Below, piece after piece: positions 39,646 to 53,879 of a stretch of 64,000 nucleotides of DNA. Source of the stretch: Paraspadella gotoi. Taxonomy: Eukaryota; Animalia; Chaetognatha. The position numbers and the translations under genes are program-made. How positions within the stretch are numbered: the stretch's first letter is position 1; each line of letters starts with the position of its first letter. The stretch lies in contig JBJCIZ010000239.1 of NCBI GenBank assembly GCA_051294375.1, positions 123,036 to 187,035 of the forward strand. Reading direction: 5' to 3'. The notes beneath the pieces are model-generated. The model saw nothing but the letters and a program-made list of their open reading frames with translations. It was not told where the DNA came from and made no database searches.

Positions 39646-42600
39646 CTTAAACATTGAGGGAAGAAAAAAAGAGGTTGCAGGAATTCTGTCGTCGTCGTCG
39701 TCGTCGTCGTCGTCGTTGTTTATAGAGTTGATACCTTTTATAGTTCGTCTTCGTTGTTGTTGTTGTTCTTTGTTTTTGGTTGGAAGGGATAACTTTTTGT
39801 TAAAAAAGAGAGAGAGAAAGTGAGNNNNNNNNNNNNNNNNNNNNNNNNNTTTGCATCTGAAGTGATGGCAATGGAGTGGCGTTGCCCCTTGAGTAAAGAG
39901 CATAGTGAAAGTATTTTCTCATGTTATATTTCATACCATATTTATCTTACCTACCCTTACCAACATACTTTCTTCCACTCAAAATTCGTCTCTATCAAAT
40001 TATCTCTAATACACTATTTTTTAGTCTTTGAAAGCGCAGATTCCCTCAAAAAAGTTTCGACAAAGAAAAATATATATTTTCTTAATTCCAAAAATTTTTC
40101 ATTAAGTTAGCATAAAAAAATTAAAACAAACCTATACTTTTTATAACTAAAATTCAAATTAAATAAGTTAACTATATTACGTTTCTTTTTACTGTGATTT
40201 TGACCCAGCTTTAATGAACATATTTTTTTAAAAAAGGAGTTATAATTCCTTATATCAACTTTTCGTGATCGGAATTTCCGACTCTGCTTTCAAGAAATAG
40301 TAAACTCACAACAACGTTTAAGGGAATTTTAAATCACATTTTCTATGGTGATTACTATGGCAACAAATCATGACGGACTGGCAAAAAATACACAAAAGAT
40401 TTTTTTATCTGGTATCATCATGGCACAGGTACAAACCTTCTCGTTATGAGCCTTACCTATTCAAGGAATTTTGATCTCAACCTTTGATTTGAAATATTTT
40501 GTCTCACGACTTTGTAACTTCTGGTGACATGTATGAGAAGGGCGTTTTCCACTTGAGGGGATGGCAATTCAAAGTAGCGTTTCGCCTTTTCAGAGTGATG
40601 GTATGAAATATTGGCTCGTTTGCATCTGAGGTGATTGGCACTGAAAAGTGAGGAACTAAATTAGAAATCCCCTTTGGAGAGCAACATTTCCGTCATTAGA
40701 AGTTAGTCACGGTCGGCGACGTCATCCTCTCCGTGCCCGTGACTCTCAGTCTGCTAACATTGTACCTCATTTTTTAACATCAGCGAATCGCAAAATCATA
40801 ACTCCGATCTTGTAATCACTCTCTGTGAATTCCTCTTCTCTTCGTTCTCTCGTTTTACATCTCCACGTTACTTCTTATCAGAGTTCCACAAAAACAGATT
40901 TTCCTGTCTCTTGCATTATGTGCCTGCGCGAGCAAATGAGTGTCTTTGAGTCGCTATCATCCTCGATGTCTAATAAACATTTTAATGTAAATTTAATGAC
41001 TTTTCTAGACCGCAATAATTTAAATCATGTAGATCAATTACTTGAAAATAATATTGAAAATCGTGCCGTGGAAAATGGAATATTTACTCCATAATTATTA
41101 TTTATTAAATAATTGGATAGAAAAATTGAAATGAAAATTTGTGTGTGGGTAGATAACTACTATTGTTGATTAAGCTGGATATAAGTGATCTGTTTTTGTC
41201 CGATCTTGTCATATCGGATAGGAGTGGACAAAGAGTTTATATAAACCGGTTGATTGATTCGGGATTGATTGATTTGATTGAATATGATTGAGGAAGAACT
41301 TTTGATTGAATGAATTGATTAATTGATTCCATTGGATTGCATCTAATTGTTTAATTGAATTGATCATTTTGAATTCTGAATCTTGATTGTATAGATATTT
41401 GATTTGATTATGATCAAATTTATTGCCTAAATTGTACTCGAGACATTATTGCCCGTGTTGCCGCATATATATTTTGAACAGTTTCGGAGCCGATAATTAC
41501 GACAATGTGAGCAGAATTATGCCATGTTGACCACATATCTAAGTCAGCTGCCCAAATTTATGCAGTTGACTAAATATGTGCAAGGCTGATTTAAATTATT
41601 GGAAGTTGAATCGAATTTGCAAGTTGGTATTGGCCACAGCTACTTGGTAATATATTGCATAGAACTAATTGAAGTTTAATAAGATTGTTTCCATAATGAT
41701 TTATTTAAGTAAACTGCGGTTAAATTTATTTGTGTATATCAGGATAAATTGGAGAGTCAGAAAAATTACCGAGCATAGATATTGATTTATTATCGAGAGA
41801 TTAGCTTATTACCAGAGCAGAGAGAGAGCAGCGCCTAATTATCGAAAGGCCCGGATATCCGAGCAATGGATTGTACTAAACTTAGTTTGCCTTTAAACAT
41901 TCCACTTTGTAAGCAGTAGATTCATCGAGAACCTTTAAGTATTCAGAGCTCCCACACCACTATGTCCATAACGAGACCAGCAAAAATTTGATTATTTCAA
42001 TCCAACGATTAGAGTACCACACTCTTGCGAGAGTCATTGGAGACTTATCGATACGAAAGGGGAGGACGGATCAGACATGACAGACAGACGACCACACAGA
42101 CAGAAATGAAAATGACAGACGGTACGGGACGGACTATCATATTATTCTGGTGATTAATTCTATCATTTTTATTTTCTATACACGATAATAATTAACATGG
42201 AAATAAAAACAAAGCATTGTGGCGCAGTAATATCCTGGTGGCAGTAATATTCACACTGCGAGCAGCAATAATTATCGATAATTCGAATGTTCTGACATAT
42301 GATTGAACAAACTGACGCGACAAGATGGATATGGGGCAGACAGACGGATCTGTCTGCTGATACAAGACGTCACAGAGCGCACATGTGGAGCAAATCACAC
42401 ACACACAGTAGTATTTCTTGTACACTTATTTTCACAAGACATTTTGTCAAAGGAGTAAGACGTAAATAATAATTTTCATAAGCTGATCGATATCTTAACC
42501 CCAACTCACATGAAATTTCATCCGTCGGAGAAATCCATTTGTAATTAGTGATTCGCAAAGACGTTTAAATAACAGGCACGACGGCACCCATAGCCCCACC

Positions 42601-43799
42601 GTCGCCCGGCTCCCATCTCCGACTCTCTTTCACGGATCTCTCTAGGTGTCGGGCTCCGTGTGTGCGCCGCGCTTTCCTCTTTCGTTCTAAATCCTTTCTT
42701 TCTTTGCGTGAGGCGGACTCGTTTCATCGCTGTACACCTCGCCTCCTCTCCGTGTCACATGCTTTCTCTCTTATCAAATTCCTCTCCTCTCGGGGCTCTC
42801 TTGCCTCATCCCTTTCTCGTTCATCTCTTTTCCGAGGGTCGGCGTTGGCCCTCCCGGCAAAATAAACGGGGCCGCTGCCCTTTCCATCATTTTTTCTCTC
42901 TCTTTTTTTTCTTTTCCCTCTCTCTCCGTCTTTTCTAGTTGGGTTCTCACTCCCTAGTTTCTGGACGCGCCTCGCCTCGGTCTCGCCTTCTCGTCGTTCT
43001 TTCACTCTCTCTCTGCTCGTCGTCTCTCATCCGTCTCTGTATTCTTCCGTCACGGGGATAGATAAGAAAGGGTTATTTCTTTTCAGAGTCTTTCCGGTAA
43101 ATTATCACTAACGCGCCCACGGAACAGATTCCCGGAAAGGCCAGGCTGTGAGACCCGGACTGGGCGCACAGGCTGGGGACACGGCTCGCCGCGGGGGCGG
43201 GGCGGTCCCTGCGAGCCGGGACAACAGGAACTGACCGTAGAGCAAAGCGCACGCGACGGCGACTGAGCAAAAGGAAAAGAAGGAAACAGAAGAAACTGTA
43301 AAATTCCGGAAGTAACTTTTTTCTCTCACTGCAGCAAAAAATGTACTTATTTGTTTGGTTCTTTTTCTTTATAGTCCTGTTTTTTTTAAAAAAACATATG
43401 CGGTTCGTTTCGCGTTTTCATCGACGGTGGCGACCCGACTTAATTGCCCTTTGCCTCCAGATAGTTTTCTTTTTTCGTTATAATTGAGAATAGGCTCAGA
43501 AAAATTGAAGTTAATTCTTCTTAATGGAATGTTTTTTAGTGTTTGTTTCGTTTCAGTTAATCAGGGAAGGAAAAAAACCAATAAAAGTCACCCGTGAGGT
43601 GGAGCCTATGGTTCTGTTCCCGATGGCCGAGAAGTCGCCAGAAGGAAAAAAAGAAATGTGAAATCTCTCCTCCTTCTCTCTGGTCTCTCTCTCCTCACCT
43701 CTCCTTCTCTCGTTCTTCTTCTCTCTCTCTCTCTCTCTCTCTCCCTCTCATCTCTCTCTCATCTCTTCTCTTCGTTCTGATCTTATCGCGATGGAAATG

Positions 43800-45036
43800 A
43801 AAAAGGTTTTGCAGCTGACCGCCGCCGCCTTGCCCGCCGCCGACGACGAACGCCACTGATCGAAATGCCCGGAAAGGGATGTCTGTATATAACTATCTTT
43901 CGCACGCGCGAAATAAAAAGTTCAAAAAAGCCTTGAATGAGAAGCCAAATAAAAGAACGGAAGAGAAAAAAAAGAAAAGAAGTAAAGAGATTAGAAGAAG
44001 TGATGCTTGGGCCTTGTTGTTCTTCGCCGTACAATCCGCCCCGTGCCGAGGGTCTGGCGGAACACCCAGCCGGGGACGAGGAAGAGGAGGAGGATATGAG
44101 GAAAGAGGAAGAAAAGAAAATGGGGGCTTCTATCGACCTCCGATGGTCTCTCACATGTGAACCGTAAAACGGCGACCAATAAATTGTCGTCGAGTCGTCC
44201 GTATCAGGGTCATCGTCGTTTTTTTTTCGGCCTCGTTTTCGTCGTCGCCTGTCGTCCGTCGTCTTCAAAGTTATTGTTCTTTGAGAGAGCAGGTATTTCC
44301 TCAGTAACGGATTTTTATCGCCTTGCTGCGTGGCCTACTAAAAAATCTGGCGCGCCGCGGTTCAATCTTTGATGCCATTTATCTAGAGAGAGGTAGAAGA
44401 GAGAGAGAGAGAGAGAGAGAGAAGGAGAGAGGAGAATAACGAGAGTTAGAGAGAGTAGAGAGAGAGCTTGTCGACTTGCCTTTTTTTCGTTTCACCTGTT
44501 TTTAGCTTTTAACGCTCAAAAAGTTGTAACAAGAAAAAGAGGCTCGTCTTCGTTCAAATAAGGTTATGTAACCATTAAAGAGTCCATGGAATCACTTAGC
44601 ATTCGTAGAATTATTGTTCAAAGAATCTTGGGTTCATTCTCATCTCACGATTTAGCAACAATGCCAGTGGATATTCTGTTATTTCGTGGTTATATTTAAA
44701 ACTTGATTCAGACAATAGACATGTTAATATGAGAGAAAAGTTTATGATCACTTTAATACCAATAAAAATAGTTCATTGTCCACTTTTCACCTTACTTAAA
44801 TCATATCTTACGTTACTCTTCTCCCGCGAGAATCTAGACTCCTTCGGCTTTGGAACTCTCAGCACCGAATCCAATACTATTTAATATCGCCTTTGGTCCG
44901 CGCGGAAGTGGAATTATCTAACGCGGACGCGCCCCCTTAATTCCTCTTTGCGGGCTATGAACCTACAGAAAGGAAACTATCTTTTACACGCCGTCACGCA
45001 TGCAAATTTCATTAGGTCTCCACTTTAATTACGAAG

Positions 45037-45067
<31 letters not shown>

Positions 45068-47280
45068 CAGAGGAGAGGAATTTAGTTTCTGCAAATTGTT
45101 TATTGTTGGTTTTTTTTAGTTTTTGGTTTAACCGCAGTAGTTCAACAAAAAAATTTAAAATTTCGACTTACTGATTACTCGGATGAGGGCAGATTCACAA
45201 ACTTTAATTACTAACGAGTAAATTATCTAAATAGCTGATGAATGAAGTAACCGGAATGTTTGACCAATAAAAATCTTCCCTTAATGTAGTTCAATAATTA
45301 CGGGTATTTTTTAGTCAATAACCCACTCTCATATATTAAACAGCGGGGTTTAAGGGAAAAATTTTTTGCAAAAAAGATATAAAAGAACCCCTATACCTCT
45401 TTTAGTTCCCCACCGGGGAACACGGTAGGAGAAATTGATTTTATGTATTTGATTTTTTTCTTTAAAAATAAAAAGAAAAAAAACCCCTCTTAAAAGAAAA
45501 TTATTCCCCCCTCCTTTCCCTCAAAACCAACAAAAAAACAAGACGCAACGGGAGAGGAGAGAGGAAGAAGAGCAGAGAGAGAGGTCTAGTTTTTAAATTT
45601 AGTCACGGAAGATGAGGAGAGATTGGATCTGCTGCAAAGTTTATACGCTAATGCGAGTTATAACTAAAACGTAATATTGACTAACATTAAGGGAGAATAT
45701 TATGGTCAAGGACTCCTACTCATTCGGTCCAGCTATTTAATAAATTTAACTGCGAATTATATTAGAAAGAAGAGGTTTGAAATATCTCAGGTACCGAACA
45801 TATACAAGGTGTCGAATTTATTTGTTGAGTCATAAAGGTTAAAAAGCACACAAAAAACTGAAAAACGCAAAGAACAATGCAGGGACTAAATATCTGGACA
45901 ATCACTGCTCCAGGTAGCGCCGAACCTCCATACTGCTACATCTCTCTCACTACTCTCCTCATGGCTCGTAAATTAAAGAGTGGAAGATCTTTAAAATGAA
46001 ACTTTGGGCATGCAGTGACGGACTAAAAAAGAGTTTTCCATTTAGGTGTGGTTCATAGCACAGGAGGTTAGGGAGGGCGCGTCCGGTAGATATTCCCAGC
46101 GTGATCCGCAGGTGCCTTAAGGATATAATGGAGGGTTTATTACGCACGGATCGTGGAGAGATTACCAAGCCAGAGAAGAGTCTAGATTTCAGCGAGAAGG
46201 ATAAGTAAGAGGATATGAGTTAGATAAGAGGTGAAGATGACATGAAAACTATTTTGGTATTGTAATATAGAAGGATCAATAAAACTTTTTCACTCATAAA
46301 TACATGTCTATTCTGTCAAGTGGGTTTAAATATACACGAAAAATAACAAATATCATTCCGCATTGTTCGAGTACACTGACCGAGAGCACAATGACAAGAT
46401 TTTGAGAACATAATTCTATCACGATCTAAGTGATGATTCCATGACTTCTATGACTGAGCCTAATTGAAACGAAGATATCGAACCTCTGGTTCTTCGTACA
46501 TGGGCCTACTTTTGAGCGGTTAAAAGCATAAAACAGGTAGATAGTGACAACGAAAACGCCAGATCGAGCAGAAGCTCATCACTTTCCTACTTCTCTCTCT
46601 TCTCTATCTCTTCTCTCGTCACCTCTCTCCATACGGCTTCTCGGAGTCTCTCTCTCGTCGACTCTCTCTATGACTGAGGAACGCACAAAAAGAGTATTAG
46701 ACCCGCAGCGGCGCGCCAGATTTTTATTTTAGGCCAGGGCGACAGTATCAGGCGATAAAAATCCGTTACGAGAAATAATCCTGACTTCTCTCAGAACGAA
46801 CATAACTTTGAAGACGAACGACGGCACAGGGACGACGTAAAACGAAGCCGAAAGAAGCGACAGGATGTACCTGGTTAACGACGAGACGACCGACAAATTT
46901 GAGTTGGTCGACCGTTTACGCGGTTACATGTCCTGAGAGAGCTCATGGTAGGTCGTGAAGCCCCATGCTTCTTTGCCCTTCCGCATCCTCAGTCCTCTTC
47001 CTCGTCCCCTTGTCCCAGTAGGACCTCGGCCACTGGGTCGATTGTCTGCGAGAAGCAAAGGCCGCAACTTCACTTCTTCTTCTTTTCTTCTTTTCTCTTT
47101 TTTGTTTCTCCGTATTCTTCTTTTTTTGTCTTCTCTCGCTTTGACTTTTTATTTGGATCGCGAAACAGAATGCATTTCGATAGTTTCGGTGGGGGAGTCG
47201 TCGGCGGCGGCGCAGGCAGGCGAGTTCGGTTATTCTCTATGGCTAGCACTTCGGGCATTCTCCACTCGCCGAAGTGAGAG
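43800..47280. other. Fold-back (43800-44380 inverted at 46680-47280), probable long-read artefact
   Basis: CTGGCGCGCCGC (44347) and GCGGCGCGCCAG (ends 46719) give a symmetry axis at ~45533, coinciding with an adapter-like sequence. Confidence 0.75.
45511..45583 (+). other. Probable corrupted PacBio SMRTbell adapter
   Basis: CTC-AAAACCAACAAAAAAACAAGACGCAAC-GGGAGAGGAGAGAGG-AAGAA-GAGCAGAGAGA resembles ATCTCTCTCAACAACAACAACGGAGGAGGAGGAAAAGAGAGAGAT with insertions, and lies on the fold-back axis. Confidence 0.6.
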
Positions 47281-47322
47281 AGAGAGAGAGAGAGAGAGAG
47301 AGGAAGAGAGAGAGATGAAGAG

Positions 47323-47359
<37 letters not shown>

Positions 47360-47361
<2 letters not shown>

Positions 47362-47827
47362 GAGAGAGAGAGATTTTATTTTATTAGATTTATTATGCAC
47401 AAAATGTGAAAGTTTAATACAGTAACAATGCAATTGTTAATGAGCTGTACTTATATATGTATGTACTCATTATTTAAAAAATGTAAACAAATTAGCAATA
47501 AAATTACAATGTGGACTGACTATATGCATAGTTTACAATTTCAGTGTTTACAAATAGATCCCGTTCCTTTTTTAACATTCCACACTCTCTCTATACGAAT
47601 CATGATATGCTTTAGTTTTTCTATGTTATTTGAGTATATATAAGAAAAGGGTATTTTATCAAGATTGCACATAAAATTTATGATTATATTTAGGACAATA
47701 ATTTAGTCTATGTTCTTCATCGTCTTGCTTGTTGAATTTTTCACAGGTTTAATTTATGGTAGAATTATAGTTCTTGCCGCACTCAAGCATTCGAGAGAGA
47801 GAGAGAGAGACGAGAAAGAGAGAGAGA

Positions 47828-47879
<52 letters not shown>

Positions 47880-48169
47880 AGGAGAGAAGGAGAGAGAGAG
47901 AGAGAGAGAGGAGAAAGAGAGAGAAGGGAGAGAGAGAGAGAGAGAGAGAGAGGCTTTTGTGGTCTTATTTCATCCATTGAATGTCGTTAAGAAACATTAA
48001 AAACTAAACGACATTTTATCCAAAAACTATTTGAATATTGTTACACTGTTGTTTTTGTTGTTATTTATTTCTAAGAAATGAATAAGGATTTTCTGTCCCG
48101 AGTTTTTTTTTTCGGTTTCTTGCCGACGAAAGAAACGATTGTATTGACCCGGAGGAAATAGAGAGAGAG

Positions 48170-48219
<50 letters not shown>

Positions 48220-50970
48220 GAGAGAGAGAGACGGTGACAGACGCCATTGTATTCCATTCCATGTGGAAACAAGAGAAGCGGACCCGATGCATCGGAAAGG
48301 TCACATTCTCTACTCTTCTCTCTCTCTCTCTCTCTCTCTCTGCTTACTCTCTCTCTCATCTCTCTCTCTTTTCTCTCTCTTCTCACTCTCTCAGTCACGT
48401 TCTTTTCACACCTCGCCCATTCTCCCCAATCACGAAAATGCCGGCGCGGATCAAAGTCCTCCATGAATTTTTTGAGTCTAGTCTCACGTTTTTTTTCTTT
48501 CCTCTTTTCCTCTCTTTTTGTTGTCTTCGTTTGCTTTCATTTATTCTTGCTTTCTTTTTCTCTCCTCTCTCTCTTTTGTGTCTTTCTGTCTTTTCTTTAT
48601 TCTCTTATTTGCTTCTTTTTCTTTCTCTTCCTCTCTTTTGTGTCTTTCGTTCTTTATTTCATTATTTGCTTTTCTTCTCTTCCTCTTTCTTCTCTTATTG
48701 TTATTGCTCTCTCTTTCTCTGTTGTTCTCTTCATTTTATATCTTTTCTCCTCTTATCTCTCTTTTCCTCTTGTTCTCTATTGTGTCTTTCTTTCTTCATT
48801 TATTCTTATTGCTTCTTTTTCTTCCTCTTTCCTCTCTTTTGTTTGTCTTGCTTTTCTTTCATTTTTTCTTATTTACTTCTTTTTCTTCCTTTTTCCTCTC
48901 TTTTTTCTCTCTTTTCTTTCTTCTTTTCTTATTTGCTTCTTTTTCTTTCTTTTTCCTCTCTTTTGTCTTCTCTCTTTTCTTTCCTACATTCTCATTTGCT
49001 TCTTTTTCTTTTATCTCTCCTCTTTTTTTTCTCTCTTTTATTTATTTTTTTTCTCTTTCCTCTCAATGTTTTCTTTCCTTCTATTCTTCATTCTTATTTG
49101 TCTTTTTTGTTTCTTTTCTTAATCTAATGGGTTCCTCTCTGTTTTCTCCACCATTTAATCTTTGATATTTTTCAATAAACTAAGTTGGATTTCCTACTAT
49201 TTTCTTTGCCAGTTGTGATCAGCGGCTGGCCTTCTCAACTTCTTCTAGATATAACAAATATATATAACAATAATATTTTCCAAACAGGAATTGAGTGTAA
49301 ATATCTATTAGAAAACTGGAAACCTTTGGGTTGTTTAGATGCACGTCAACCCATCCATTAACAAAATAATAATTACCATTTATTATCCTCCATTTAACCA
49401 CAAAAAAAAACCTTTTTAACAAAATAAAGATAGATCAATTCATATAGGATAATAGTATAGCTAATTAAATGCTATAAAAAACTAAAAATTCAAAGATACC
49501 GTGTAAAGCAGCGTATATTAATTAGTTGAAATAATTAATTCCCAGATTGAATATTATTTTTTTATTCCGTGTTCAAAAGTCGAATGGTTTTCCACTTTCC
49601 TCGGCTCTTCGCCTTCATCAATTCACCAAACACCCACCATATGCCTCGATCATAATTAATAATTAATGTTAAGATTATTGAATTAAATTAATTATAATTA
49701 ATACTAAGAAATACTTAAATTAATTAATTACTCCCTCCTCTTAAGCATAAACTCCAATATAAACTGGTGATGTGGTAGGATCGTGGAATGAATGTATATT
49801 TTTGGTATGTGGGTAGTGGGGTTAAGTGGTGTGGTGATTGATCCGATATTAACGTTTCGATGAATATTCGTCCGAGTGGAAATGAGTTTAAATGAAAAAA
49901 TAAGAAAAAAATCCTATTTCACTATTGAAATTTGCTATGTGGGTAGAAAGTGTGTTGAATGAAGCGTGAATATTCAAGTGTTTAGATGGACACTCGTACT
50001 CGAAGTGGCTAAATATGAGCTTAAATGAAGTAAACATAGTTTGACGCAAACAATGTCGAATCTGCCCCTACGTAATTTAGCAAGTAATCCCAAGCCCCTA
50101 AACAGATATTATAATCACGATCCTCTTTGAGCATCATATACCTGAATAAAATGATCATTTTACAAAACAAAATAATAAAACAACCACTCTTATAAATAAG
50201 AAAATATATTAAATCAATTGATCCAATAAGTCAAAGAACCTGTGGCTCCGGCGCTCTAATCTCTTTTCAGAGCCGGATGTCGAACTGAAGTCTCGTTAAC
50301 TGAACAAGCACATATTTTAATATTTTAATTATTAAAATAGAAAATTATTTTAATAATATAGTATATTAATATTGTTTTGTGCGAATTATTTTTACTTTGC
50401 ATAATATTTGTTAACTTGTGTTATAATTTTCTCTGTGAGATTTGCATAGAATTATTTTAAAGCTTTCTTAGATGCTTTTATGTAATACAATTTTTATGGG
50501 CTAATCAAGATGAGTTTCCTTTAAAAAAAGACTAAATGTCTATAAAATTTTTTTTTTCAATTTCCTATGCATTTATGTAAATATTTAAATGCTTCAATGT
50601 TATACTACTGCTTCACTCGTTAAAAAAGCGGGGATAAATTTTGGCCCGCCTATCACCCTGTGAATGTAAAGCGATCAGAATCAGAAAGAGATCAAAGGAA
50701 TGAAAATCACCTTGTCACCAACCTAAATTTCATGTTTGCTAGATTTTTTGCGAAACGAAAGGATATTCCAAATGTACATTGTTGTATTGTACGTCGGGCA
50801 CGAACTGAAGGTGTCAGGCGCTTAGAGGGACGGGGTGAACTTTTGCTATGCCCGGACTACATCATTATCCAAAATGAAAAAAAAAAAGTGACTGTAATCG
50901 AAAAAATCGAAAGTGGCGAAACAGTTCACGTAACAACCAAAGTTACTATCAAAATTGTGCGCACGGAAAA
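47360..50970 (-). repeat. Inverted copy of 24490-28250
   Basis: Collinear reverse complement, including the purine/pyrimidine-skewed tract (26290-26890 vs 48490-49120). Confidence 0.9.
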
Positions 50971-51649
50971 TCTTGTCTTATCTCTTATTATTTTAAGAAG
51001 TTACCCCTCTTTATATTAACTCCTTAATCAAGAACAAACAAATTTAATCTCCCGATTGAATAAAGACACTTCCAAATTCAAACTCTATCCCAATCCATGG
51101 GAATCAAAACATGAAACTCACCAAACAGCGGTTGGGACCATTCCTTTCGGCATCCTTTCTCACCGTCCCGCACCGCCCCGCCGCCACAGTACATTTGGTA
51201 ACTAATCCTAAAAGAAATCGTCTTCAGCGTTTACATCTGGCTGGACCTTTCTCCCTCGACGGGAGAGAATTTCGAACTCGAAGTTGGAGGAGATTAGAAT
51301 CTCGCGTGTGAGGTGCGACACGGCGAAAATGGGCCTGGATTGTCTTGAGAGAGGGTCGTGAGAGGCGATATCAATGCGATTAAGAAGGGCTAAGAATTGC
51401 GGTGGGGTAAAGACTAAGAACGGTTAGTTACGGATGTACAATCGAGCGTTCTTAAAGATGACAAAGGATTAAGATATTTTAAATCCAATCTATTATATTT
51501 TACACGTAAATGAGGTCTTAATGTATTAATCGACTTGATTGATAATCTTTTTTTTTTTTGTTATAGTGTCAGTCTTCGTTGTCGTGAAAATCGGTCATTT
51601 TTTTTTAGTGCTTGATGTTGTGAATTCGTAAGAATCAGTAGTTTTTTTG

Positions 51650-53362
51650 TCTCCCCCCTAAATATCTTTCATTCGTCAGACCCGCGGATCTTTCTCCTTC
51701 CGAAAGACGTTAATCGTACTTCACGCAATGACGTCCAGTTGCTCATCTCTTCAAATCTCGTCTGGGTTTTCGAGGCGGAAAGGAAAATCTCTCTTTCTCG
51801 CTCTCCTCTGGCCTTTGCCGTCCTGACCCACGTCGTCGTTATTTCCGAACAGAACGCTTCGGACTCCTGCGCGCCCTCACCGGCGGAAATGACGTCGTCT
51901 GCGCTTGCACGTGGACGCTAAAGCGAAACGGCCACACTAGGGCGGCGCTGAGGAGAGTTGGGACGCTGTCTAGTATGGCGTCGGTTCGTAGAAAAAGAGG
52001 CTAGTTTCATTTACTTTTTTTTATTTCTACGGCTTATATATATAACAATCTATATACATTATAATATATATATGTGGATTGCGCTAAGTGGTGGTCTCTG
52101 AAAAGATGCTGATCCGTAACGTTCTTATAACCCCCTCAAGCAGCCATGCAACGAGGTCCTGGCTTGGAACCAGGCTTTGGAGGGTTTGCCATGCCCCCAA
52201 GGCGGCTTTACGGCCGTCCTTCAACGCTTTCCCGCAGTGGTATGGTACCGGGTTGGGATTGAAACGGTTACCAGTGGTCATGAGTGATGGCTTTTTTACT
52301 CAATTGACGCCACCGGGTCACAACTGAAAGTGTCATGGATTCTAGCGGTGGTGAACCTAGGCAATGCACCGACGTACAGTATACATTAGTCATGATGCGT
52401 ATGTGGTTCGCTTTTGTGTTTTTTCTGTTTTTATTTTTTACCTCTATGATTTATCTATTTTTATTATTTAGTTAATTCCCGAAGTCACCTTACCATTTTA
52501 TGGATTTAAAAAAAAATATACATTATCCGGAAAAAAAAAAACATTCTGTGGCGGTACATATTTCACACCGCCCTTCACATCCAACACCGATCAGCCCATC
52601 TCATGTAAACTTGTTCGCAATGCTCCCAACTAAATTCAGGTGAAATAAGTCGTAAATCGATATTTTCTTTGTTTTCTTTTTCCAAAAGATAAAGTTTCGA
52701 TGTTTCCGCGTTCATCTTTCAGAATTAATGTGGTTTGGGCCCGATAATGTCCCTCGTGGACGGGCTCTGCTTTCATTGCGGCGCCACTCTGCTGGGCCCA
52801 TGGACGTTTCAGTGGGACGCACGTTATCAACTTTGCGTCGACGGCGTTTTTCGTTGGCGACCAACGACGAGGTTATTTCTGCTTGAGAGATTTCGTACAC
52901 TGTTAGTTTTTGAGTCGCGCCGCGAGCGCCTCCTCCAAAAGCTGAGCAACTCTATTGTTTGAGAAATATCAAGAAGCAAGTGTTATTGGTCTACTTCGAG
53001 TCGTCGTAAACCGAACATCGGTGTGATACCTCACCCTAGTCGTCCATCGGTTTTTACCACCCACTCCGTCAGTTTTTACTACCCTACTTCGTCAGGTTTT
53101 TTACCACCCTACTCCGTCAGTTTTTTACTAGTCCCCTATCCGTCAGTTTCTTACCTACCCCTGAACCCGGGTCGAGTTTTTACTACCCTATCGATCGGTA
53201 GTTTTTACACCCTACTTCCAGTCAGATCGCCGCCACTATCTGGATTTTTATCGAAGGACGAAAATCTCGTTCACGAGATGTTGAATCGACCGCATATTGG
53301 CAGGCGCGCGGATCCGGATGAACGAAAGATCCTACCACCTGGGCAGAGTTAAACTGGTTAAG
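51650..53362 (+). pseudogene. Indel-noisy copy of three GT14 glycosyltransferase exons (probably a raw-read copy or second haplotype rather than a true pseudogene)
   Basis: SRSPLAFAVLTH at ~51797; exon 2 after TTTCAG ~52723-52871; exon 3 after GTCAG ~53226-53362. Lacks the 257-bp insertion (AAGAGG CTAGT TTCATT). Confidence 0.7.
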
Positions 53363-53879
53363 GTACCTGTGTTNNNNNNNNNNNNNNNNNNNNNNNNNGA
53401 GAGAGAGAGAGAGAGAGAGGTTTTGTGCTATTCATCCCATTAATGTCGTTAAGAAACTTAAAAACTAAACGACATTTTATCCAAAACTATTTGAATATTG
53501 TTACACTGTTGTTTTTGTTGTTATTTATTTCTAAGAAATGAATAAGAGATTTTCTGTNNNNNNNNNNNNNNNNNNNNNNNNNNNNNNNNNNNNNNNNNNN
53601 NNNNNNNNNNNNNNNNNNNNNNNNNNNNNNNNNNNNNNNNNNNNNNNNNNNNNNNNNNNNNNNNNNNNNNNNNNNNNNNNNNNNNNNNNNNNNNNNNNNN
53701 NNNNNNNNNNNNNNNNNNNNNNNNNNNNNNNNNNNNNNNNNNNNNNNNNNNNNNNNNNNNNNNNNNNNNNNNNNNNNNNNNNNNNNNNNNNNNNNNNNNN
53801 NNNNNNNNNNNNNNNNNNNNNNNNNNNNNNNNNNNNNNNNNNNNNNNNNNNNNNNNNNNNNNNNNNNNNNNNNNNNNNA

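Larger units (their letters stand above)
35963..39824 (-). repeat. Cleaner inverted copy of 28370-32775
   Basis: Reverse-complement landmarks as listed for 28370-32775; bounded by N gaps on both sides. Confidence 0.9.

Noticed and set aside
41130-43330. Random-looking or GC-rich stretches with short ORFs (similar at 45640-46540, 58140-58660)
   Set aside because: No motifs recognised; comparable stretches such as 59860-61030 are demonstrably corrupted copies of neighbouring sequence.
52074-52395. GC-rich insertion in (TA)n of the GT14 intron, absent from the 62340 copy
   Set aside because: No recognisable termini, TSD or second copy; it lies in a noisy block and is probably read junk.
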